Shown here one piece after another: positions 9,538 through 17,756 of a stretch of 64,000 bases of DNA. Position 1 is the first letter of the stretch, and every line of letters starts with the position of its first letter. A program made the translations under genes and the position numbers. This DNA is from Alphaproteobacteria bacterium (GTDB lineage: Bacteria > Pseudomonadota > Alphaproteobacteria > RF32 > CAG-239). The stretch is from the NCBI GenBank assembly GCA_017626035.1, contig JAGAJR010000018.1, positions 36,329 through 100,328 of the forward strand, in the 5' to 3' direction. The notes below the pieces were generated by a model, which saw only the letters and a program-made list of their open reading frames with translations, was not told the origin of the DNA and made no database searches.

Positions 9538-10319
9538 AAGGATTATCTTTGCGAAATAAGATATTGATATATTGTGATTACGGTTGTTCGGATATTACCA
9601 ACCTGCACAAGGAACTGGAACGCTGTTTTCAAGACAAAGGCATTAAAATTTCCGAAGTTGACGCTTCGGGAATTATTAAGGAAAACGCCTTAAATGAGGA
9701 AGTCTTGGCCTTTTTTATGCCGGGCGGAGCTTCCACGCCGTATCGGCAGAAACTCAAAGAATACGGAAACGATAAAATTGCGGAATATGTAAAAAACGGC
9801 GGTGTCTATTTTGGTATTTGTGCCGGAGCGTATTATGCCTGCGATAAAATAAACTTTGAAATGGATGTCCCCGAACTCCGGTTGGAGAGAACCGGAATGA
9901 ACTTGATAAATGCCGCGGCGGTGGGAACTTTGTATAAAGAACTTGGAATAGCTCCTTATTCTCCGGACACGTCTTCTGCCGCGGTGGTTGATATTCGTTG
10001 TGAAGACGATGGAGCCGTTTGTGCCGCTTATTATCACGGAGGCCCGTATTTTGACATATCTGAAGATAAAGAATGCGAGGTTTTGGGAACTTATGAAAAT
10101 GTAAAAAATCATCCTCCGGCAATTATTGCTAAAAAATACGGAAAGGGGATGGTTTTAGCCTCGGGAGTGCATCTTGAAGACAGCGGGGAACGTCTGGGAG
10201 CCGCCATTCACAAACTGAAAAAGGATAGGGACAACGCCTTGGCAATCGCCGAACAATTAAAAAAGCGGGAAATTTCCAGACAGATTCTGTTTAATAAAAT
10301 GATGAACCGTATCCGGTAA
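9525..10319 (+). CDS. BPL_N / class-I glutamine-amidotransferase-like protein
   Basis: A 264-aa protein. It has a GATase1-like nucleophile elbow VYFGICAGAYYA. The TTG start overlaps the end of the ParB-like gene by 13 nt. Confidence 0.5.
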   Translation: MGSLKGLSLRNKILIYCDYGCSDITNLHKELERCFQDKGIKISEVDASGIIKENALNEEVLAFFMPGGASTPYRQKLKEYGNDKIAEYVKNGGVYFGICAGAYYACDKINFEMDVPELRLERTGMNLINAAAVGTLYKELGIAPYSPDTSSAAVVDIRCEDDGAVCAAYYHGGPYFDISEDKECEVLGTYENVKNHPPAIIAKKYGKGMVLASGVHLEDSGERLGAAIHKLKKDRDNALAIAEQLKKREISRQILFNKMMNRIR

Positions 10320-10380
10320 ATTGATTTTTTCTTCGGAATGATTATATCTGAGGCGGACAAAACTCGGAAAGGAAAAAATC

Positions 10381-10569
10381 ATGAACGAAGATTTAAATGA
10401 AGTCGTATGCCGTTGTTGGAACGTAACGGCCGGAGATATCAAAAAAGCCGTGGATAACGGAGCACAAAGTTATGAAAGCGTCCGGGACATAACCCGTGCT
10501 TCGACGGGGTGCGGCTGTTGCGAAGGAAGAGTTCGCGAGTTGGTGGAAAAATTTTTACATCCCGAATAA
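10381..10569 (+). CDS. Bfd-like (2Fe-2S)-binding protein
   Basis: A 62-aa protein with the four-Cys pattern CRC...CGCC typical of the BFD-like [2Fe-2S] domain. Confidence 0.6.
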   Translation: MNEDLNEVVCRCWNVTAGDIKKAVDNGAQSYESVRDITRASTGCGCCEGRVRELVEKFLHPE

Positions 10570-10575
10570 CCGATA

Positions 10576-10609
10576 AAATCCCCGGAAGAAAAACGGGGAT
10601 TTTTTTTGT
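10576..10609 (+). terminator. Rho-independent terminator closing the cassette
   Basis: A hairpin (AAATCCCCGGAAGAAAAACGGGGATTT) followed by a T7 tract. Confidence 0.7.
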
Positions 10610-10665
10610 TGTTTTTCATTGCAAAAAGAGATAACTTCTCCCCGAATTATATAAGGGAGAAAGAA

Positions 10666-11574
10666 ATGAAGTTATCGTCGGTTTTGATGTCTGTTTTTAT
10701 TGTTGCCTGTTGGGGGCTGAACGCGTCAATAGGAAAAATGGGCGTAATGGAAGTTCCGCCGCTGGCTTTTTTGACTATTCGTTTTATTTTTGCCGGACTG
10801 TTGTTTTTGCCGTTTGCCAAGCTTGACAAATCCCAGTTGAAAATGCTGTTTTTGATTGCTTTGCTGCTGAATGTCGGGCATATGGGCTGCATTTTTGTTG
10901 CCCTAAAATTTCTGACGGCGTCTTCCGCATCGGTGTTGCAGCAATGCGAAGTGCCCATTGCTGCGATTGTGGCCTGCATTTTTGCCGGAGAAAAAATGAA
11001 CGTTCAGCAAATTATGGGAATCATCATTGCTTTTCTGGGAATTTTATGTATTTTCGGGATTCCGGAAATTAATATGGTCGGATTGGTTGCCGCTTTGTTT
11101 TCCGGTTTGTTTTGGGCATTTGCCCAACTGGCGTTCAAACGGGCTAAGAAAATGGATTCATACAGCTTTCTGGCATATACCTCTCTTTTCTCGGTTCCGT
11201 TTTTGGGAGCGGCTTCTTATTTTCTGGAAGACAATCATTATATAGCTTTGTTGCAAGCCGCCGATTACAAATTTTATCTCTCCATGTCATATCAGGTGTT
11301 GGTTTTAGGTGTGGTTATGATGTTGTGGCAGCGGGTTGTTGCCGAAAACGGCATAAATAAGGCCATTCCGTTTACACTTTTGCACATTGTGTTCGGCATT
11401 ATGGGGGGAATGATATTCTTCGGCGACACTCTGAATGTTTATATTGTCAGCGGGGCGTTGCTGATTGTCGGCGGCGTGGCTCTGACCATTTTGCCGCAAA
11501 TTGACATTAAAAAAATATGGTATCGGCTGTTTCCGCACCATAAGCCGCAGAAGAATGAAAGCCTGCCTTTATGA
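10666..11574 (+). CDS. EamA/DMT-family transporter
   Basis: The start was chosen at the ATG at 10666, which has an AAGGGAGAAAG RBS. The protein has about 10 predicted TM segments and EamA-like repeats. Confidence 0.65.
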   Translation: MKLSSVLMSVFIVACWGLNASIGKMGVMEVPPLAFLTIRFIFAGLLFLPFAKLDKSQLKMLFLIALLLNVGHMGCIFVALKFLTASSASVLQQCEVPIAAIVACIFAGEKMNVQQIMGIIIAFLGILCIFGIPEINMVGLVAALFSGLFWAFAQLAFKRAKKMDSYSFLAYTSLFSVPFLGAASYFLEDNHYIALLQAADYKFYLSMSYQVLVLGVVMMLWQRVVAENGINKAIPFTLLHIVFGIMGGMIFFGDTLNVYIVSGALLIVGGVALTILPQIDIKKIWYRLFPHHKPQKNESLPL

Positions 11575-13400
11575 TTGATATTAACGACATAACCGTTCGC
11601 ATTGGCTCTAAAGTTTTGTTGTCTGGAGCATCTGCCCATATTTCCGACGGACAGAAAGTCGGATTGATAGGGGCAAACGGCTGTGGCAAATCTACGTTGT
11701 TTCGGGTTTTGCGGGGAGAATTGGAAACCGAGACCGGAACGGTGGTTTTTCCGAGCCGGCATAAAGTCGTTTTTGTGGAGCAGGAAATGAAAGACGTTTC
11801 CGTTCCGATATTGGAATTTGTCTTAAATAAGGATGAAGAAAGAAGCCGCTTGTTACAAAGTTTGGAGAAGGCTTCGGAAGAAGAACTGGCCGAAATCCAT
11901 GAACGGCTGCGAATAATCGGAGCGTCTTCGGCAGAAGCCAGAGCTGCGGAAATTTTGGTGGGACTTGGTTTTTCTCCTGAAGATTTTTCCCGCCCGATAA
12001 AAGAATTTTCCGGCGGGTGGAGAATGCGTCTGAGTTTGGCTGCGGCATTATTTCAGCCGTCTGATGTTTTGCTTCTCGACGAACCGACCAATCACTTGGA
12101 TTTGGAAGCCGGGATTTGGTTGGAAAATCATTTGCAAAAATATCGGGGGACATTGCTTCTTATCAGCCATGACCGGAATATACTGAACAGTTTGTGTGAT
12201 TATATCATTCATTTTGACAATCAAACCTTGGTAACCTATTCCGGAAACTATGATAATTTTGAAAAGACCCGGGCTTTGCAGCGGGAAGTTTTGTCCCGGC
12301 AGGCCAAAAAGCAGGAAATGCACCGTAAACATCTTCAGTCTTTTGTCGACCGTTTTCGTTACAAAGCCACCAAAGCCAAACAAGCCCAAAGCCGTTTAAA
12401 AATGTTGGAAAAAATGGAAATGCTTTCTCCGGTTAAAGATGATGTTTCAACGCATTTTGAATTTCCGGAACCGGAAAAACTTTCTCCTCCGTTCGTCAGC
12501 ATTGAAAACGGCGTAGTCGGATATGGAGATAAACCGGTGCTGAAAAAACTTTCCTTCCGGATTGTTGACAATGACCGGATAGCTTTGTTGGGAGCCAACG
12601 GCAACGGTAAATCGACTTTGGCGAAACTATTGTCCGGACGGCTGCCTCTGATGAGCGGAGAAATAAGAAAAACGCCGAAATTAAAAGTCGGATATTTTGC
12701 CCAGTATCAGACGGAAGAGCTTCCCGAGGAACAAACCGCCGCGGAGTATATGTCTTCTTTGATGCCGGAAGCCAATGAAACCAAAGTCCGTTCGCATTTG
12801 GCAAGGTTTGGCCTGGGACAGGAAAAAGCCCTGACGGTTATCGGCAGTTTGTCGGGAGGAGAAAAGGCTCGTCTCTTGTTTGCCGCGATTACGACGGAAG
12901 CCCCGGCGTTGTTGATTTTGGACGAACCGACCAACCATTTGGATATTGATGCCAGAGATGCTTTGGTTGAAGCGGTAAACGCCTATGGCGGCTCAGTTAT
13001 TCTGATTACGCACGATATTCGCCTGATAGAATTGATAGCCGATGACCTGTGGTTGGTTAAGAACGGTCTGTGCCGTCCGTATGACGGAGATTTGGACGAC
13101 TATAAAAAGCTGCTTCTGGAGGAGAAGAAACCGACAGAAAAAATAAAGGAAGAAAAACCTACGGAGCGGAAAGAAAATACTTATAACCTCAAAAAACAGC
13201 TCAGTTCTCAGATTCGTAAGCTGGAAACCGAAATAGACAAACTACAGAAACGAAAAAATGCTTTGGAACAACTTTTTTCGGAACAATTGTCAATGGAAGA
13301 CATCGTTAAAAATAATAAGGAATTAAAGCAAATTCAGGAACTTCTGGAACAACGGGAAAATGAGTGGCTGGAACTTTCCGGACAATTGGAAAATTTGTAG
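11571..13400 (+). CDS. ABC-F family ATPase (Uup/EttA-like)
   Basis: A 609-aa protein with two ABC cassettes. Each has Walker A (GANGCGKST / GANGNGKST) and the LSGG signature, followed by a C-terminal coiled coil. Confidence 0.85.
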   Translation: MIDINDITVRIGSKVLLSGASAHISDGQKVGLIGANGCGKSTLFRVLRGELETETGTVVFPSRHKVVFVEQEMKDVSVPILEFVLNKDEERSRLLQSLEKASEEELAEIHERLRIIGASSAEARAAEILVGLGFSPEDFSRPIKEFSGGWRMRLSLAAALFQPSDVLLLDEPTNHLDLEAGIWLENHLQKYRGTLLLISHDRNILNSLCDYIIHFDNQTLVTYSGNYDNFEKTRALQREVLSRQAKKQEMHRKHLQSFVDRFRYKATKAKQAQSRLKMLEKMEMLSPVKDDVSTHFEFPEPEKLSPPFVSIENGVVGYGDKPVLKKLSFRIVDNDRIALLGANGNGKSTLAKLLSGRLPLMSGEIRKTPKLKVGYFAQYQTEELPEEQTAAEYMSSLMPEANETKVRSHLARFGLGQEKALTVIGSLSGGEKARLLFAAITTEAPALLILDEPTNHLDIDARDALVEAVNAYGGSVILITHDIRLIELIADDLWLVKNGLCRPYDGDLDDYKKLLLEEKKPTEKIKEEKPTERKENTYNLKKQLSSQIRKLETEIDKLQKRKNALEQLFSEQLSMEDIVKNNKELKQIQELLEQRENEWLELSGQLENL

Positions 13401-13436
13401 TTTTTATAAATTCCACTATTTTTGTCTAGATATGTG

Positions 13437-13465
13437 TTGCAAGGATAGAAAATATATGCTATTAT
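13437..13465 (+). promoter_or_regulatory. Sigma70-like promoter for the LRR effector gene
   Basis: The elements are TTGCAA, a 17-nt spacer and TATTAT. A GAGGA RBS precedes the ATG at 13487. Confidence 0.5.
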
Positions 13466-13486
13466 CCCGGCACTATATGAGGATAA

Positions 13487-16132
13487 ATGATGAAAATCGC
13501 TGATTTCAAAGAATATATGGCAGCCATCCGCAGCCTTTATTCCGGTTCTTCTGCGGAAGAACTGGATGCACTTTTGCACGATTTGAAATCTGCGTCAATC
13601 CAAAGGGAAAATACCAAAAAGAAACTTCAGGCGGAACTTAAAAAAATCAGATACCGGATTAACCTGTTACGAGAAAGAATTAAACAGGCACAAGGGATTG
13701 AGGATAAAATTGAAGCCAGCCGTGAAATAAAAGAATATCAGCAGTTAAAAAAGGAATTTATACTTAAAAATAAGGAACTTGAAGGCGTCCCCCGTTTTGA
13801 AATGTTGTCACCTTATGCCAAAACGGCAGCTTGTACGGATTTTTTGTTGAAAAAATATCTGACAAAAGAGATTGTCAAAAACAACCCGCTCGGGTTTAAG
13901 AAAAATCAGAGAGGAGATATTGTTGTTGATATTAAACAGCTTCAAAATTCCCATTTATATCAGGAAGCGGCTCATATAAGAGACTATGTTTCGTCTTATA
14001 TTAACCTGTATCCGCATCGGGTTTTGGGAGCAGGATATTTTAACGGAAAACTGTCGGAAATGAAAAGCTGGACTGAACTTCTGGAGGCGGCGGACAGGCA
14101 TTTTGACGAAATCAACCGTAAGGAAAAAGAAAACAAAGATAAAGAAAAAAAGGTTGCCGAAAGCCGGGACGGAATAGAAAGCGTAGAAATTTATGCCTCG
14201 GAAAATCTTCAGGCCGTAAGGCTTCTGAGCGAAAATGCCTTAAAGTATGAAGGCCGGGAAATGGGGCATTGTGTCGGCAGTTATTACAATCGTGTAAAAA
14301 ACGGCACATCTCAAATTTATTCCTTGCGGGATTATAATGAGGAGGGAGAGCTGGTTCCTCACGTAACGATTGAGGTTGTTGGCGACAGAGTGGTTCAGAT
14401 AAAGGGACGGTCCGACAAAATGGCTGCTCCCCGTTATATAAAGGCGGCTCGGAATTTGGTTATGAAACTTTCCGGAATAAAAACTTTGGAAAAGTTGAAA
14501 AATACGCAAAACATTCCATCATCGGAGCTTGAAAATATCGGGTTTATAAAAGATAAAAACAATAAGATTCAAGATATTTTATCGCTTAAGAAAGATGAAA
14601 TTGAATTATATAATTTAACGATAAACGGAGAAGATTTAAATTATCTGAATTTGGAAAGATTGAAAGTAACCGAACTGTATTTAACGGGTGTTCTTTCTCA
14701 GTCTGTCTTGGATAATCTGGCAAAATTAAAATCTCTGCAATCAATCAGTTTGGGAAAGGTAAAATCCGTCGAAGGGAAGAGTTTGGATTTCGGAGGATTG
14801 TCAGAAATAAAACATTTAACTTTGTCTTCTTGCGATTTGTCGTCTGTCAAAAAAATATGTCTTCCTGAAAATTTGCAGGATTTATATTTAGGGAAGGTCA
14901 AGAGCGGATTGGATATCGTTTATTCCAAGAATCTGAAAAGCTTGAATATAAGCCTATCCTCTGCCGCTGATATTAAATATTTTGAAGAAAAAATATCTTC
15001 CCCGATATTGAAAATATATGTGCAGGATATGGATATCCGGGAGAATTTGTCTTTTGCCAAAACGAGTTTGCTGGTATTTGAAAATTGCCGGATTGAGGAA
15101 GGAAAGCATATTTTCGTATCGGAAAATTTGCAAAATTTGGAAGTGGAAGAATCTCCGGGGCTGTTGGAGTCGATAGTTTTTGAAAACCAAAACAACATAA
15201 AGGTTCTAAAATCAGATGACGGGAGTGTTTTCAACAGCAATGTGATTTCTCCGAATTTATCATCTTTTGTTGTCGGCAATGTTGAACTTGATGAGAAAAC
15301 CGCCGCACAAATATCTGAAATGTCAGAGTTGCGGGTATTGGGTTTGAACGAAGTTTCCTATCATGCCAAGCAGCCGTGGATTATTCCCGAAAGTACGGAA
15401 TGGATTACTTTTAGCGGGGTTGATTTTGACGGTATTTTGTCCGGAGAAAAATGTTCAAATCTGCAAAAAGTTGTATTGATTGGATGTGATTTGCAGAATG
15501 CGGATGTGAGGTTAAACACCGTTTTGAAGCAATCAACTTTAAATCTGGTGCAGAGCAAAGTCGGTATTGAATTTGACTTTGATATGTTCAAAGGTGTAAC
15601 CGAATTGAATGTTGGCAGCCAGGATTTATCGGCAAGAAGCAAAGAATTGAAGTTTCCGGAGACAGTGGAAACTCTGTTGTTAGGCGGTTGGCTTCCCGAT
15701 AAAATGACGGAATTGGACTTGACTCCGTATAAAAAATTGCGGACAATCAATATGGGAATGATGAGCGGCAGAAATGTGGAAAAGATAATTTTTCCTGAGA
15801 ATCTGGTCGATTTTACATTTGATGAAATTGGCTGGCTCAAGTCATTGACTGAGTTGGATTTAAGCCGTTGTCACAAAATGACGGATTGGAATGAAACCTT
15901 GCTTAATCAGTTTACATTGATTAAACTTCCGGAAACAATAAAAAAGATGCCATGGAAACAAATGGCGTTTAATGATAATGTTCGGATTGAACTGCATGCA
16001 AATACGCCGCAGGAAGTTGTGGAAGAATTTAAATCCCATTTGGGGAATAAAGTTATTATCGGCAAAAAGCAACAGGAAAAAGGGAAGATAAATCTTTTGC
16101 CGATGTTGTTCGACAAATGTCAGGAATTTTAG
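13487..16132 (+). CDS. Large LRR-containing effector-like protein with a conserved N-terminal domain (H-C motif)
   Basis: An 881-aa AT-rich gene. The N-terminal domain contains EGREMGHCVGSYYNRV...IYSLRD...PHVTIEV. The C-terminal ~500 aa are leucine-rich repeat-like (LxxLxLxxC/N). Confidence 0.65.
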   Translation: MMKIADFKEYMAAIRSLYSGSSAEELDALLHDLKSASIQRENTKKKLQAELKKIRYRINLLRERIKQAQGIEDKIEASREIKEYQQLKKEFILKNKELEGVPRFEMLSPYAKTAACTDFLLKKYLTKEIVKNNPLGFKKNQRGDIVVDIKQLQNSHLYQEAAHIRDYVSSYINLYPHRVLGAGYFNGKLSEMKSWTELLEAADRHFDEINRKEKENKDKEKKVAESRDGIESVEIYASENLQAVRLLSENALKYEGREMGHCVGSYYNRVKNGTSQIYSLRDYNEEGELVPHVTIEVVGDRVVQIKGRSDKMAAPRYIKAARNLVMKLSGIKTLEKLKNTQNIPSSELENIGFIKDKNNKIQDILSLKKDEIELYNLTINGEDLNYLNLERLKVTELYLTGVLSQSVLDNLAKLKSLQSISLGKVKSVEGKSLDFGGLSEIKHLTLSSCDLSSVKKICLPENLQDLYLGKVKSGLDIVYSKNLKSLNISLSSAADIKYFEEKISSPILKIYVQDMDIRENLSFAKTSLLVFENCRIEEGKHIFVSENLQNLEVEESPGLLESIVFENQNNIKVLKSDDGSVFNSNVISPNLSSFVVGNVELDEKTAAQISEMSELRVLGLNEVSYHAKQPWIIPESTEWITFSGVDFDGILSGEKCSNLQKVVLIGCDLQNADVRLNTVLKQSTLNLVQSKVGIEFDFDMFKGVTELNVGSQDLSARSKELKFPETVETLLLGGWLPDKMTELDLTPYKKLRTINMGMMSGRNVEKIIFPENLVDFTFDEIGWLKSLTELDLSRCHKMTDWNETLLNQFTLIKLPETIKKMPWKQMAFNDNVRIELHANTPQEVVEEFKSHLGNKVIIGKKQQEKGKINLLPMLFDKCQEF

Positions 16133-16178
16133 AAAAGTTTGAAATTAAGAATTTTGTATTTATTAACAATTTAAACAA

Positions 16179-17087
16179 ATGCGTATGGGTGTATCAGTAT
16201 CTGCCGTTAAAAATTTAATGGTTACCCTAGGGGTAAAAGCAGACGAGTTGTTTTCCGCGGAGGAGTTCAAAACTTTTTTGACCGAAACCGTTGCAAAACA
16301 AGGGCTCGTCATCAGTGATGTTTTCGATGAGAAGGCACAAAAACTTTTCATTGAAGAGTGGTTCAAAAGCAATCCGGCCGCCCTGGAAAAACTGTTTTCT
16401 GCACAGTCTCAGGAAACCTTTGTCTTCAATTGGGTCAAAACACATCCGGACTGTTTTGGCAAACTGTTTCCCACAGAGGCGGAACGGCTGAAAAAAACGG
16501 AAGAGTTTGTGGCTGACATGGCGAAAAGTATGGCCTCCTCAGAGCAAAAAATAACTGCCGAAAAACAGCCTGATGCTGAAAAGACGGTGGCCGCACCTCC
16601 TGTTCAGACGGTTTCCGCCGATGAAGGACAAGAAGCTCTCAGGGATGTTGCTTCGGCGGCATCTTCTCAGGAAACTTCCGTTGAAGAAAAACAGGAAACT
16701 CCCGTCGAGGAAAAACTGGAGTTCGTCAGGGACGGAAATTATCAGTTTGTCCGTCAAAACGGTTTGGTTATCGGAGTTGTTATTGACGCCGGAACACGAA
16801 AGTTTATCGTCATGCACGATTATGACCAGGACAACCTGTCCAAGGAAGAGGCACGTAAAAGGGCTGAACGCCGTCCGACAGTCAAAGGTAAACACTGGCG
16901 TCTGTTAACGGATGATGATTGCCGGGCAATGTGCAGCTCTCTGAGATCCGGAGGCGGTAAGGGACAAAATGCCTTGGCTTCGCTGATGAAAAAGCTCGGC
17001 GGCAATTTCTGTCATCAGGAGCACTTGACCTCCGACTATCACGGTCCGCAAAGGTATAAAGTCAAATATGCCGTGGATCTGGATTGA
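16179..17087 (+). CDS. Hypothetical protein (302 aa), acidic central region
   Basis: A long ORF with consistent coding potential. No recognisable domain. It follows the LRR gene. Confidence 0.45.
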   Translation: MRMGVSVSAVKNLMVTLGVKADELFSAEEFKTFLTETVAKQGLVISDVFDEKAQKLFIEEWFKSNPAALEKLFSAQSQETFVFNWVKTHPDCFGKLFPTEAERLKKTEEFVADMAKSMASSEQKITAEKQPDAEKTVAAPPVQTVSADEGQEALRDVASAASSQETSVEEKQETPVEEKLEFVRDGNYQFVRQNGLVIGVVIDAGTRKFIVMHDYDQDNLSKEEARKRAERRPTVKGKHWRLLTDDDCRAMCSSLRSGGGKGQNALASLMKKLGGNFCHQEHLTSDYHGPQRYKVKYAVDLD

Positions 17088-17105
17088 GACTTTAATCTCC
17101 GACGC

Positions 17106-17152
17106 AAAAAAAGAACTCTCTTGTCATAACAAGGCAAGAGAGTTCTTTTTGT
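17106..17152. terminator. Bidirectional intrinsic terminator
   Basis: The perfect 12-bp stem AGAACTCTCTTG/CAAGAGAGTTCT is flanked by an A-tract and a T-tract. It lies between convergent genes. Confidence 0.7.
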
Positions 17153-17162
17153 ATAAAATATT

Positions 17163-17612
17163 TCAGACGGCCTGTTTTTTAATTTTTTTTCCGAAGATTC
17201 GCTCTTTTTCCATGACTAATTTTGCATTGCGGTCAAAAACATTGGTATCGCCATGGGCAACGGCATCTTCGTAGTAAGCGATTTTGAAATTAATTTTTTC
17301 CATGTGCTGTTGAAGCTTTTCCATTTCTTTTTTCAACTTTTCCTTTTGTCTTTTGAACATATCCAGACGCTGCTGTAAAGTTGCGTTTCCTTCCTGGCAC
17401 CAGTCGATATATTGCTTGATGTCTTTAATCTGCAGGCCGGTTCCTTTCAGACATTCGACAATGGCCAGCCATTCCAAATCGGCATCCGAGAACACTCTCA
17501 GACCGGAGGATGTTTTACGGACAAAGGGAAGAAGCCCTTCTTTGTCATAATATCTTAAAGTATGTGCGGTCAGCCCCATTTTCTCGGCCGCCTGGCCAAT
17601 TGAATATCCCAT
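17163..17612 (-). CDS. MerR-family transcriptional regulator
   Basis: A 149-aa protein. It has an N-terminal MerR HTH (YSIGQAAEKMGLTAHTLRYYDKEGLL) and a C-terminal coiled coil. Confidence 0.8.
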   Translation of the reverse strand: MGYSIGQAAEKMGLTAHTLRYYDKEGLLPFVRKTSSGLRVFSDADLEWLAIVECLKGTGLQIKDIKQYIDWCQEGNATLQQRLDMFKRQKEKLKKEMEKLQQHMEKINFKIAYYEDAVAHGDTNVFDRNAKLVMEKERIFGKKIKKQAV

Positions 17613-17681
17613 AGTTGTCTCCTGAGTTGTTTGATAAATAAGACGCTAATCAAAAATTATCAGGATGTCAATAAAAAAGTC

Positions 17682-17712
17682 TTGACTTAAAGTTAACTCT
17701 AAATTGTATGCT
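17682..17712 (+). promoter_or_regulatory. MerR-type promoter with a 19-bp spacer and palindromic operator
   Basis: TTGACT at 17682-17687, then a 19-nt spacer containing the perfect palindrome AGTTAACT, then TATGCT at 17707-17712. It is divergent from the MerR gene. Confidence 0.55.
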
Positions 17713-17756
17713 TATAAAAAACGATTCGAAAACGATATGTCAAAGGAGCTGTTTCT

